From the NCBI GenBank assembly GCA_904063045.1, contig CAJFCJ010000008.1, positions 806,001-870,000 on the forward strand: a stretch of DNA of 64,000 nt, in the 5' to 3' direction. Source of the DNA: Dimorphilus gyrociliatus (lineage: Eukaryota; Animalia; Annelida). Numbering within the stretch: the first letter of the stretch is position 1; each line of letters starts with the position of its first letter. Made by a program: the position numbers and the translations under genes. Positions 31,880 to 45,600 of this stretch are shown here, piece by piece. The notes beneath the pieces were generated by a model. The model was not told the DNA's origin, ran no database searches, and saw nothing but the letters and a program-made list of their open reading frames with translations.

Positions 31880-34800
31880 ATGGTATCATCTGCAATGCAG
31901 CATACATCGTTTAGTGGTTTCCATTTTAGGCAACGCCAGGAAAGAATTGATTGGAGAAGATTAGGTAAATTGTTTTAAAAGAAAAATTATTATATTCGAA
32001 ACATGTTTATTTCCCAAAGCTGCTATTGATGTTGACTCTGTGGCTAGAAATTTAGACTTTCAAACTTTACAAGAAAATATTATGAATGTAACGTTCTGTA
32101 ATATTGAGTCTGAGATTGTAAGTTATTTTCCTTGGTTACCTTTTTGTTGTCATTTAAAGAAAATGTTTCTTATTGAATTTACAGGATACAAGAAATGTTG
32201 ATCCAAATTTTCTTAAACTATTTAAATTATCTCAATTGACGATAGAGTACTTACTGGTAAGACTGTTCGATAATCGAATGATACAATATTTCATAAAATA
32301 TTCTTTATATATAACAGCATTCGCAGGATTATCTTTCAGGAGTTGTGACAGCATTAGAGGAGAAAATTGAAAAAACCAATCAAGTTTGTATTTTGAATAT
32401 AAAAAAGCTTACAAACTATGTTTTAAATACTCTTTGGTACTTCTCCCAGGAATTAAGTGAACGCGAAGGTAAAGCTGAAAAGTTACAAAGCGAACTCCAC
32501 GATGTCAAAAGAGAGAGTCATAAAAGAAAGAAAATGCTAATTGCCCAACAGCAAATAATGCATGCTGGTGCAAATAGCTATCATAAGGTTTATTTTAAAT
32601 TCTTATTTAATTAAATAAAATACATTTTTAATTGAATTTAATCTGTTGCAGTGTCCATACTGTCCTAAGGCTTTTATATCAGAATCATTCCTGCAGTCTC
32701 ATATTGTTCGTAGGCATGAAGATAGCGCTCAACCAGCGAAACAAGCAGAACCTACTAATTTTGGTGCCTCGCAAGGCCAGGTTGAAAATACTTTATAATT
32801 ATAAATATAGATATATTAATTTTAAATAACATACAGATTCAAAAAGTCAATACGGAATTAGAAAATGAGTTGGTACTATTGAAAAAACAATTTTCTAAAA
32901 CAGAAAACCAACTTGAAGAAATGAAAAGACGAAATAGAGTAATACATTTATTATTAATTTAATGCTTATATAGATTTATAACGATTAACTATTCAGCAAT
33001 TCCAAGAGGAAGCTGAACAGAAAGAAAGAGATAAAAAGAGAGAAATGGAATCTTGGAAGAGAGAACAGATTGATGATAGAAAAGTACAATATACAGTATA
33101 AATGAATTATTTAATAAATCCCTTAACTATTTAAAAAATGCACTATAGAAAGAGCTTGACAAGATTAAAGAATATTATGGCGGACAATTGAGAGAAATGA
33201 CTTCGAAGTATGAAAATGCAGAAAAAAATTTGGATAAAGTTAGAAGTGAGTTGATAATCTTGTTAAAAAATTAACTAATTGTTTTATTATAAACTTATTT
33301 ATATATATTCTTCTTTTTTCTCAATTTTATAGAAAAATCTTCGCTAGGAAACAAGTTGGAAGATGACGATGATGATGATGATGATGAAAATCGTCAATTG
33401 AAGAAACAAGTTGCTATGAATAATGCTATGGTTTGTTTTTTATATAAAGTATTTAATTAATAAAATTTAAATTGAAATTTATTATCGTAGAGAGCAGATC
33501 TGGAAAAGAAGATTGAGGAACTCAACGAAAAATGGGCTAATAAATTTGACGAAACAAAAAAAGAGTATGAGAGAAAGGTTACATAAATATACTATTCATA
33601 ATAGATATTTTAAATTCTTTATATAATGCAATTGAACTGTTAAAAACAGATAAGTGGGTTAGAAAGAGCGAGAGAAGCGACACCTCAAGTAATTGAGAAA
33701 CGAATTGAAAAGAGGGAAACTCAATTAAAACCTAATGCTGCTTATAGAAATGATGAAATACAAACATTTGATAAACCAACAGTATGTTTAATATAAGATG
33801 GTTTATTATATTTTTTTCTAATTTACTCATGTACCACTTTTCTTTAAGCCTTCACCAAGGGAGAAGAAAAATGTTCAGGGCAATAGAAACTCTGATTACT
33901 ATGATAATGATAGCGAGGACGACGAAGATGAAGACGATGATGACGATGAAAATGCCGATGAAAATGAGACTACAGGTTCCTATTTGCGTTTTATTCTGTT
34001 ATTAAACATGATCTGAGATTTTTTTTTGTATTTCTTTATAACAGCTGCTGATTATAAGAATACTCTTAATGCAACATCGGCTTCTGGAATAACTGGGTTT
34101 GGGTAAGATATTTCATGAATGAAAAAACTATATAAAACCTTTTCATTGTTCTTAATTTATTAGTACCGGCTCTCTTACATCAACAATGAGCCAAAGAGTA
34201 GAAGAAAAACTTAAAACTGATACTCAATTGTTAAAGAGAACGAAGGATGTTATAATTGGAGTTCTTTCTGACAAATTAAGACAAATGGGTATTAATGAGG
34301 TAAGAATCTAATATTTTTTACATACTAATATTGTTAATAATATATGCTTTTAAAAGAGGGAAAAAACTGGAATAACTGACGAAGAATTGAAAGAGAAACA
34401 AAGCTTTTTAAATTATTCTCGTAGAAAATTACAGGTAAATTTCATTATTTGAATACCACTGGATGATAAATACTTTATTAAATACGTTTATTAACTTACA
34501 GAAAGATCGACCTAATTTATTACAAATTCGACAAGAGATTAGTAATCTGTTAGAATCATTAACAGAGGATAGAACTCCACAACAAACAACACTCCCACCT
34601 GGTTAGTATATAATTCCTTTTTCTTATTATTTATTCCATTAGAAGCAAACATCTTCAATTAAAATCATTTTTCATTTAGTCTTTAAATCGATAAATAAAA
34701 TAAATCGATTAAAATTATTACAATTACCATTTATCGACTTATTTCGATATGAGAATTTGGATTCAAGTATTTTAGTTGATTGTAAAAAGAGAAAGAATTG

Positions 34801-36444
34801 TTTATTAACCACTTTGAAAGAGTCATTTGGTTTTCTTAATCCTAAACCGTTACCTCTATTCGATGGTATTCGATCCGGTATAAAGAAAGCTCCTTGGCAT
34901 TATAAATTAGATAAAGTAATATAATTTAAGATATTATTTTATGCGTTAAAACTCTTTGAACTATTGTTTTTATTAGTATTTTGTTTTTTGGTAAACTTTT
35001 AGAAAAATAGATCAAGAAATGCCAATGGTATGCTAATAGAATACAAGCATTGTTTTTCTTTACTTTTTTCATTTAATATAAACTATATCTGACTTTCATA
35101 AAAAGTATTTTATAACGGTGTTAATTGTTTTCATAGCAAGCCCAAGTTCGACACTACCTGCTGATGCTGGTAGAACTGAATTTAGTAAACCTAGACCTGC
35201 ACCAAGGGCCTCCAGCCCTCCACATCGTACACCAAGTCCTCAAAAGGTTGTCTGTATTTTCTCGTTTGAGATTATTTAACCTCTTTTCCTCTCTTAGCCT
35301 TCAACTAGAATTTCTCAAGACTCTCTAGGTACAACTCAAACTTTTAGTGAGAGTTATAGCTATACCAGAACGAGTTCTAACTTCGATTCGTATTCTTACA
35401 CTGGCGATTCTGACGAATCAGAGGATGAGGAATCAGATTATACAGACGATGATGACGATGGCAAAGCGTTCGGTCACCAAGTACCAGATCCAGATTCTGT
35501 TGCAGTGAGGAATGTCAGTCGTCAGCCTCAACGTCAATCCCAACCTCAACGTCAACCCCAACCTCAACCTCAGCGTCAACCTCAAAATCAAGCCGTACGA
35601 CAACCCCAACGCCAACCCCAAAATCAACCCAAAGCACAAAAGCCTAAAGAAGAAGATTATGACGATTGGGATGATGAGTGTGTATAAATATATATTATCT
35701 TTTTAATAGTACAATCTATTATCGTGATACAGTGGTATAAGCGAATTACAAGAGAAAATTCCAGCATCGACAAAAGGAAAGAAGCCTAATTTAAGCGAAG
35801 ATTCAGGGTCTGACCTCGATAATATCACCCCAGCGAGTTCTGATTATGATTTTGATACACCTAGACAACCGTTAGATCACATTTAATTGTCAATTTTTTA
35901 TAGTTGAATACATATATATATATATCTTTTTATCAACAGGAAAAGACCTACAACAAGAACAAGTACTCATACAGATAACTCTAATAACACTTTACAAACG
36001 AGTCAATGGGGCGGCTCATCAAAAGGTAATTGTTGATCACTGTCTAAATTCGTTTACTGCAACTAGATAACCACTAATAAATTTCTCTTTTTTTTCGTAA
36101 AACGTTTTATTCTCCTTCCTTTTGTGCAGTGCCATTACCATTTTTATTTTAACAGCAACACAATCTTCTGTGTCTTCCGTCTCTTACATGGGGTGAACTT
36201 TTTAAATGCACATATCAAACTTCGCACTAAATAAACAAATGGTTTGCATTTAGAATTTATTACTATCTATATTTTCATACTTATTTTAACATTTTGCCAT
36301 TTTTTTTTTATTAACAAATATCTTTACTCTAATTTTAATATATTTATTTTATAGATGAAGGTATTGAAAAACAATATTAATTATTCTCTTTTTTTTAATT
36401 TAATAGCTTACGATGACGCTTACGATGATAGTGATGCTGTTTAA
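31880..36444 (+). CDS. DZIP1: DAZ-interacting zinc finger protein 1-like (ciliary basal body protein)
   Basis: Dzip-like N-terminus [53 protein letters not shown] and C2H2 finger [22 protein letters not shown]. Many short introns; 3' exons less certain. Confidence 0.85.
35519..35632. repeat. Coding (R/Q/P) repeat [22 protein letters not shown] in DZIP1
   Basis: Imperfect cgtcaacc/cctcaa repeats read directly. Confidence 0.8.
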
Positions 36445-37783
36445 ATGTAATTTTTTAATATATATATAAAAGAATAATATGAAACATTAAGGGAAAAGTA
36501 ATTTTTTTTAGATCTGTTTATTTTATATTGTCCATGTTCAAATTATAAATTTGTTGTTTTTTTATGCCATAAAAATTGGTTGTTTGTAATTTCTTAGCTG
36601 TTTAAATATTATCATACTTGTATCTGTGATGGTTTACTATCTAAGTCATAAAATATCCTCCGTCCACCGCTTTCTGTTTACTTATTTTATTAAAGGAAAA
36701 TTTGAAGAAATTGTATATTTAAAAATTGCTCACATTCTTTAATGGTGCGCTTGTTAATTTTCCTATGGATAGTAAATCTATCTGTTGTACGCATTAATTG
36801 TTACATTATTCGTAGTATCTCTATACAGTATTTATCATAATAAACTTATCAAGAAATTAATGGTTATTTTTAGAAATATACATATATATATATACTATAC
36901 ACTTTTGTTTACCAAAATAAATTTAGTTGATGAGAGAAGAGATAGATCTCCGTCATTTGTTACAATTTTCCTATAAATACTTTAAATGTGATCACATTAT
37001 GTTGAAGGTTACATTTTTAATGACCATTTATGACATTAAATTAATTCAAGTCCTATCAATATATTTTTTTCAGGCGTAAATACAAAGAAAGCAAAGAAGC
37101 TATAAACTCGTAATTTTATAATAAGGGTGAATAGGTTAAACGAACTATTTAACCGATTCTAATAGCAATGTAAACTATAAAAAACTGTTTTTTAATGTTT
37201 TCATTAGAGATTAATAACTTATTGATGAATTTGTTTACTTTTTATCTTTAAGTTTCTTCTTTAAGAAGTCTGAATTTAAATTAGAAAAAATGAAAACCAA
37301 ATGTAATGGTCTCCCACTCTGTCGGTGCACTCTTTAATTATAATAGGCCGATGCTGTAAAAACAATTCAAACAAACATCATAAACACAAAGGCACTCGGA
37401 GGAATCAACTTCGGTAATAAATGATATAAAAATGGGAGTTAACCTTTGATTCTTGATTCGTAGATTAGATATCGACATTTACAGTCAAGGTTATAATGCT
37501 TTTGTTCTGCTAGGAGTTAAATACGTTTTAGTTCTCCTCTTAAGATATTACCTCATCTATTTTAGGTACTAAAACCTGGAAGTAATCTACTGGCTGCTAC
37601 TACCTATGTATATATTTTATTCGTATATATATATATATTATCGCATGTATAAATTGCTTATTTCCTCTGCATTAGCAACAATTTCCCTTAATATTTGTTC
37701 ATGATTTTTATCTTTTGGTGATTATATATTTTGTAATTTGACGGATATCTAACATAAGAAATACTTTAAAGGAAACTTTCAAG

Positions 37784-39820
37784 ATGACGAGTCGTGTAGG
37801 GAAATATCCTCTTGGATCTCTATCCAGTTTGAATTGGAGTGGAAGTCAAGCTCATTTATCTAAAAAGGATTTAAACAAATCAGATTTGGCTTTGGCAAGA
37901 AGTCGCGAAGCATCTGTTGACTTTACAGCTAAAACTAGTAACGTTGGTTCTTTTTTCAGTTATTATTTATACGATCTGTGTAATAGGCTATACATTTAAA
38001 ACTTCTTTTCGCAGGATAAATTAACTTTAGTACTAACAATAACTGCAGCTATTGCTGCTCTGGGAAACTCTTTTCCTCATGGTTGGAATACAGGAGTGTT
38101 AAATTCTCCGGTGCATGTAAGTAGACATTTTTAATTCAAATCTTTGAAAACATCTGAAGTGTCAGTGAGAGATAAAAAAAGAATAAAAACGTCTTTGATT
38201 CTCCAAGGTTTTTATCTTTTAAAAATCTGTTTTTTTTTTTACGTTTTAGCATATTACAACTTTTCTAAATAATAGCTTCTATGAGAGGCATGGATACTTT
38301 CCTTCTAAAATGAATTTAACAATTTTATGGTCCGTGACCGTATCTATTTATCTAGTTGGCGGTACTATTGGGGCATTCACTCCGGGACTAATTGTTGACC
38401 GCCTTGGTCGGAAGAAATCCCTTATTCTTCTCAACGTATTTAGTTTAATTGCTGCTATATTTTTTGGATTTTGTAAAAAAGCCAATTCGTATGAAATGCT
38501 TATTATTGGAAGATTATTAATTGGTTTTAGCTGTGGGGCTGGAGCTGGAATTGTCCCAATGTATTTGACTGAGATAGCTCCAGTCAGAATAAGAGGTGCA
38601 ATGGGTGTTTTGCATCAATTGGCCTTGACCTCAGGTATTTTTGTTTCACAAGCCATTGGCCTGAGGCAAATTTTAGGATCAGCGGATAGATGGCCCATCT
38701 TGTTAGCTGCCATTGGACTTCCTTGCCTTTTATCTGGTTGTGTTTTGTACTTCATGCCCGATAGTCCAAGGTATCTTTTTACTCGCTTAAAACTTTCATT
38801 TTGTCAATGAAACATTATTTATAACAAATCCTCTATGTTTTAGGCATTTACTCTTAAACAAAAAAGACAGAGATGCAGCTGAAAAAGCACTCAAAAGATT
38901 GAGAAACTGTTCTAATGTCGATTTAGATTTGGATGAAATCGAGGAAGAAATTATTGAGGAAGATGAAGACGACGAACAAGAACCAGAATGGACTCTTAAG
39001 AGTATTCTGGCGGCAGATAGACTGAGATTACCTTTGGTTCTCATCATAGTTTTGGGATCTTGTCAACAATTATCAGGCATAAATGCTGTCTTCTACTATT
39101 CTTCTGCTATTTACGAATCTGCAGGAATCGCCAAACAAAATATTCAGTACGCAAATTTGATTACTGGGTTTATAAACGTTGTTATAACTATAATTTCAGT
39201 AAGTTTAAAATATTGAATAACCTTAACCTTAAGAATTGGATACTTTTAGGTGGGTTTAGTAGAGAAAGCAGGACGAAGAGTACTCTTGTTAGGAGGAATG
39301 GGTGCAATGGTAGTTTCTGCCCTAACCTTAATGATATCAATTAATCTCCAAGAGAAAGTAACATGGCTAAGTTATATTGCTATAATATCTGTCTTATTTT
39401 TTGTCGTTGGATTCGCAATTGGACTTGGATCAATACCACAGTTTATTGGAGCGGAATTATTTAGACCTGGTCCACGACCCATTGCCATGTCGATTGCCGG
39501 TTTCTTTAATTGGTTGTGCAATTTTTTAGTTGGAATTGGTTTTCCACCCCTTGCCGTAAGTAGACATTAATGTTAATACTAAATAAGTAAACAATATTCT
39601 GAAAACATATCTATTGCAGGGTGTTATCGGAGAATACAGTTTTATTATCTTTATCGCATGCATAATAATCTTTGGGCTGTTTATATTCAAACAATTACCT
39701 GAAACAAAACAAAGAACAATTGAAGAAATATACACCCATTTCAAAAGGAGAAGTACAAGAAGAAATGGAACAGCTCGCTCAAAAGATACCCATAATATGA
39801 AAGCCTTAATTAACAGTTAG
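37784..39820 (+). CDS. Sugar porter family (SLC2A/GLUT-like) facilitated transporter
   Basis: Multi-exon. Motifs GWNTGVLNSP, DRLGRK, PMYLTEIAPVRIRGAMG, PDSPR, QQLSGINAVFYYS, EKAGRR and PETKQRT. Confidence 0.92.
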
Positions 39821-40334
39821 CTGTTGTTATATGCTTAGTATCTATGTTGTTTTAATTGCAGTATTTTATTTTACTCATATTATTTTAAAGCTTCCCAGCA
39901 AAGAAAGATATCAAAGCTTAGATTACATATATGTACACACTATATATCCAAATAAATAGAGGGCCAAATTTTTATTTCTATTGTGTAATATTCACGCGTG
40001 TGAAAGTAATCTGCATACATAAGCTTTTACTTAAACGCAATTTGTTTCAATATTAAATTACACGGTTGGCAATAGTTTCTCCCTTAACACTGGCCTTTTA
40101 TTAGTGCCTTAAGTAACCTGGGCTCGAAAAAAAAACATAATGAAAGACAAGATGAAAAATATAAACAAACGAAATTAGCCGAATTTCCCTTCATGAGGAA
40201 ACAAAAAAGTTTTTCAAGCAATTTGTTAAATAAGTTTTCTATTCGGATCTTTTGCAAGTTGATATGCAAAATGAAATCTTTAAGTAAACTTTAAAAATAG
40301 GGAAGCAAATTAAACTCAATGAGACTCTGGAAAT

Positions 40335-42104
40335 CTAATCGGCGTTTGGAGCGTGTTTTCGACTGGGTCTACGACCTTTGGAATATGATTGATTGCGATT
40401 ATTGTTACTATTATGTACATGCTGCCTTTCAAATCTTGAATTCTGAAATTCATCTAAATCGCCACGTTCTGATATATCACTATATTCATTTCCTGATTTT
40501 CCAAATTCTTGATTAGTGCTATAATGTCCACTCCTTGAATGATAATTTCCCTGTCTTGAGTCATAATCTCCCTGTGTTGACCGATATTTTTGTCTGCAGT
40601 ACTCGTAATCTTGTACATTGTCATATTCATACTTGGACCGATTGTTTCTTTGTTCAGCTCCTTTATAATCTTCATTATCATAACGAGAGTAAGATGAATG
40701 ATTTCGAGGAAGGTCGTAATTTTGCTGAGAATTATAGTAATAGCCACTGTCTGTCGCTTCATAGTCATTAGCAAACCCTTGTCGGTATTGATTGCTGTAG
40801 TTACTAGCATAATAATTATCTCTATTGTCATAGTTTTTGTAATAGTTTTGACGATGATTATATCTCCTGCCTTGACTACTGCTGTAGTTCTCATAGCCAC
40901 TATCGTCGTAATAATAACCTTCATAGTTTTCTGGACCACAACTGTATGCATAAAAATTACTAGCTCCATAATTGCTGGCTCCATAGTCGTTATATTGGGA
41001 GTTATTGCGATGGTTATTCGAATTGTATTGATTATTTTGCGATTTTCTTCGATAGCCCCTTCTTGATCCTTTAGAATATGTACTCACTTCATCAGATTTT
41101 GGAGTGGCAACCTTATCAAGATCTATACCAGCAATAGAGCTAAGAAAAATAATTAATAGTTTTTATCATATTCTGAATAGCATACATAAAAAGTATAATT
41201 AAATTAAATTGAATAAAAGAAGAGAAACCTTTTGCCAGTTTCTAAACTTTGTAGATAATTTAACCTCTCGATATCGTGACCTCTTGCTGTATTGAATGCT
41301 ATTGAATAAAATATGAAAATGAAGATTATTAATTAAATAACATAAATCTATTAAATCTACCGAGGATGGCATCATTTGGCTGAAAGTCCATTCTATCAAC
41401 CATATATCTGAGAAGAAATAACATTTAAATGCTAGCGTCTGGAGAATTCTGCAGAACATACCTGCAAATTAAGTAACCCGTCCTATTGAGTCCATGAGTA
41501 CAATGAACTCCTATTAGCTTTTCTGTTAAATGAATAATAAAGCATTACAGAAATTTATATTTGTAACCATTTGCACAGTACCATTATCCTCATTTGCCTT
41601 CTCAAAATCATACACGCACTTAAAGAATTTTGTAGTAACATCCTTACTGGGAACAACGTGGCCTTCGGTAAAGATTTTAACATACTCAATTCCCTCTGAT
41701 TTAAATTCCTAAAAAGAAATATTATCATTCGATACGTCTGAGTACTTTCAAGATACATACACTTGGGCAATAATAACGTGTGGTGTTAGTAAGGTCAATT
41801 ACCAAACCGATAGTTAAATTTTCATTATGTAGCCTCTCCAGAAGGTCTGATGTATTAAACTGTTGCTCTAATGGTAGCTGGCTGGTAAGACTCTGATGAA
41901 AAGAATGTGGCTATTTCGTTAAGATACAAATAAGGGAAGTCTTATTCTTACTCGTTTAAGCGGTGCTTTAAATGCTATGAATCGTGTATTATTAATTCTC
42001 TGGCCACAGGGCATATAATCTTCCCATCTAAGTAAATACTTGAATTAAAAAAACTAGCTTGGAGGCAATTTATTAAAGCTCTACCTGTCAGGTAACTTCC
42101 CCAT
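40335..42104 (-). CDS. DUSP11: RNA/RNP complex-1-interacting phosphatase (RNA 5'-phosphatase) with long N/Y/S/R-rich tail
   Basis: Spliced [40 protein letters not shown], catalytic [16 protein letters not shown] and RGHDIER. No guanylyltransferase domain follows. An in-frame upstream ATG exists at 42209. Confidence 0.9.
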
Positions 42105-42653
42105 GCTTGAATCATGTGGTAAGAAGTTTTGCAATGGCAGATTTAGCGGATGGTTGATAGTAAAACTAAAAGTGGTGAGGAAAAATAAAATCTTTTCTAT
42201 GCAATGCATCGTCCCGTGCGGTTTTCAGCCATACCGCGTATCTCATTTGTCTTAGAGACCGCTTTTTATAATTTGATATTTACATACTAAATTCAACAGC
42301 AATTTTGTCGATTTCAAACTCAATTTTAAGTTCAAGTTTTAAACGGTTTGTTTGCAGTTTAGTTCCTTTCGAAACTACATATATCTCTCTGAATCATTTA
42401 AGACTTATTGTCGAAAGATTTTACTCAGATTAATTTTTGAGATCTTTTAAGTTCTTGCTAGTATTTTTAAATGAATAATCAGTGCGAATTAATCAGTTTT
42501 TAATTCTAGCCTAGTCTAACTTTGACTTTAAATTTTCAATTCTCGTGATTAATATAAATTCTTGCTTTTACATGTTGAAGCTTGCAAGTTGCTTGAAATG
42601 GCGCTTACGAAATGTTCTTTTTTGCGTTTTATAAAAAATAAAATATTTTCCAG

Positions 42654-45600
42654 ATGGCCTCCTCTGGAAGACGTCGTCAACGATCGAGTGGCAGTGGTAT
42701 AGAGGATAGTTCTGTTTCCACTTTTGATGGTTTACGAATGCCTAAAGCTAATCCTGTTAAACAACAACAGCGTCAGCAAACTATTCCAAAAACTAAGGGT
42801 TCTCCAGCCGCTATCAATCGTAAAACAAATGTGAATGATTCAGAAACAAGTGAAGAAAACCATTTAAATGATAGATTACGTCAAGTTCGGCAATATATAA
42901 GGCAAACTTCAGCCATGCTTGATACAATGAAGTCAGCGAGCGTTAACGAGGATGACGATAGGGTTCAGCAGTTAGAAGAAATGCTACAAAGATTAAAAGA
43001 GCAAGAAAAGAGATACACTCAAATACTTCTTGTTTCCGACACTCCAAGTGAGCAACGGTCTGAAGCCGATGTCGAAGGATTTTCAGGTCTGCTAGGAAGA
43101 CAAAATGATTCGGACGCTCATGAAAATGGTGTAGAGAATGGAAATGACGTTGATGAGGTAACAGCTCTTAGAGAACAAAACGATCTTTTGAGACAAGTTC
43201 TTCATAGAAGAGAACAATTAAGAGCTCTTCAAGGACGTCAGGCTGCTCTTTTGGCACTTCGTAGAGAACTTGGTGCAGAAGATAGTATGAATATTGATGC
43301 GCAATCTTCCGATGGCACATCATTATCAGATAATGAGAATGTTTCTCCTGCTAATAATGCTGCGACGCCTAATAGTTCTACTGGTACTGCTGCTCGCTTA
43401 AATTATGTTAGAAATGTTGGTGAAAGTAAAAGTGATCTCGAGAAAAGATTACATGAATTGCAGAACAAAAAGGATCATATGGATATGCTTTTATCTGAAC
43501 TTCAAGCTTTGAAAGCATCGGCAGAAATGGAATCTTCCGAAAGAATTAAGAATTCGGACAGAAATCATTCAAGACAAACTCAAGCTCAATCTCCGCAAGC
43601 ATCTAATCAGGAGCAGAGTAATAATCAACATGAAATTCGAAGTAAAATGAAAAAATTAGAGGAGGTTAAAATGAAATTGTCAGAACTTAAAGAATTGGTA
43701 CATCATTACCAAGCAGAAGGAGACGAGAGTTTGGCAACTAGCACAAGCGAAACAGCCTCTAACGGAGCTCAATTGGAACGTCTCAGAGAGGCTGAAGCGA
43801 AATTGCAACAATTAAGAATGGCTGTTGAAAAGGTGGAAGAGGATGGAGCAGTAGCAGCGCCTCAGACATTTTCAAATGATGAAGATGAAAGTGAGGGTGA
43901 GGAAGAGACAGCCGAGGGTAATGAAGGTGACGAAGGTACTGCGGAAAAACTGCAGGATCTTTTGCAAAAACAGCATCGATTAATGGCACTAGAAGGACAA
44001 TTACTAGCTCTTAATGATTATTTGGGTCAAAATGAGAGAGAAGATCAAGACACCAACGAACCTCCCCCTCCTGCTCCAACTAGCGTCACTTTCTTGGAGC
44101 CATTACCAACAGCAAGTAACGATGAAGTTTATGGTCGAATGAGACAGCAAAGAATCCTTAGGGAACAATTACGCGACCAAAAGAAAGTTTTTGAAGTAAT
44201 GGTTAGTAAACCAAAACGAATGACTGATTCGAGAAACACAAGAGTTGCTCCAGTAGCAAACGACCCTGAAGTTGCCAGTGCAGCTGCAAATTCTGTTCAG
44301 AGTGCAACTGTTGCCACATGGGGTGGGTCTGAGAACTCAGCCAGAAGAACTGCCGCCAGTACAGGATCAACACATTCCGATGATACATTTGTGATTGACG
44401 GTAAGAAAAATTTATGGTATTTTTTAGATAAACTCTTTTATATTCCAGCAGCAGCTTCAGCTCCACCACGTCCCCCACCACCGATAAACAGACAATCTAA
44501 CAAGGATATAGAAGAGCTAAAGAAAAGAGTTGATACACTGACAGAAAATGTAAAGCTTCTTCAAAAAAATAGTGGTAGAACATCTAATGAAAATGCTACC
44601 GCTACCCTACAACAACAACACGTACTGTTAGCAATGCAACATTGTTTAGCTCAATTATCTCAGCAGCAGCGTGACGTTACAAAATCCCAACGACAATTAA
44701 CAAAACTGATGACGAAAGAACCACAAACGGAAAAGCACATCTCTCAAAGTAGAGTTCTTAACGGTGGAGGTGACAATGCTCTTCACGACACAATATATTC
44801 TGAAGTAGCAACTTTAATCTCATTTAATGAAAATCGTCCTCACTTTTTACTTGATGCTATACGCTTGTTACAAAAATTAAATACGGATTTCCTTCGTCAG
44901 AGAGCTTTATACTCCTTAAGAGATGTAATTAAAGACTACGTTAACTTGACAACTAAACCAGATGGAACAGAGAGTGATCGAAATCCAACACCACTATTCG
45001 GTCACGAATTTACTGTTAATAATAATGCCATGAGAGATGATTCGATTCGACGAGCTAACGATTATAGAATTGTTAAAACTGCCGGATTTGATACAACTGC
45101 ATTAGATACACAGGTAAAAAATATAATGCAAGAAGTAATGGGTGCTATCCGAGCTCATGCATACGATATATGCTCGTCAGAAATGCTTTATTATTTGGTT
45201 CAAGTCATTTTACATTCGGCAAGAAAGTACAGTCCGTCGGAAGCCTACTCAAGAACTCTTGAAAAGCAACTTGGGAGAGTTCTTCGAGACTCCCTAGAAA
45301 GCTATAATAATAAACCTGTTCAAGAATGTAAGGAAGAGTTACTGGTTGACATCAGTGAACTATTGTTCAATGAGTTGGCATTTGCTAGGCTCTTGCATGG
45401 TATTGATGAATCCAAAAGTCGTCAAGCCACATCAGTGGATGGAATCGAAGATGATGAAGAGAGTATTGCAAGAGAAAGCACTGTTGACCAAGAAAAACAA
45501 GACAGCGAAGCAGAAGCTTTAGAGCGCAAAAGGGATGATGAAATGGCTGAGTTAATGGGAGCTGACTCAAGTTCTAACGATGGGGATGATGACAAGAGTG

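Noticed and set aside
35433-35706. LGL/NPN-repeat ORFs
   Set aside because: Other frames of the DZIP1 RQPQ repeat.
40454-41066. 176-aa and 122-aa overlapping ORFs
   Set aside because: Alternative frames of the low-complexity DUSP11 tail.
44401-44448. GKKNLWYFLDKLFYIP segment in the PCM1 ORF
   Set aside because: Most likely a 48-nt in-frame intron (GTAAGA...TTCCAG) rather than protein sequence.
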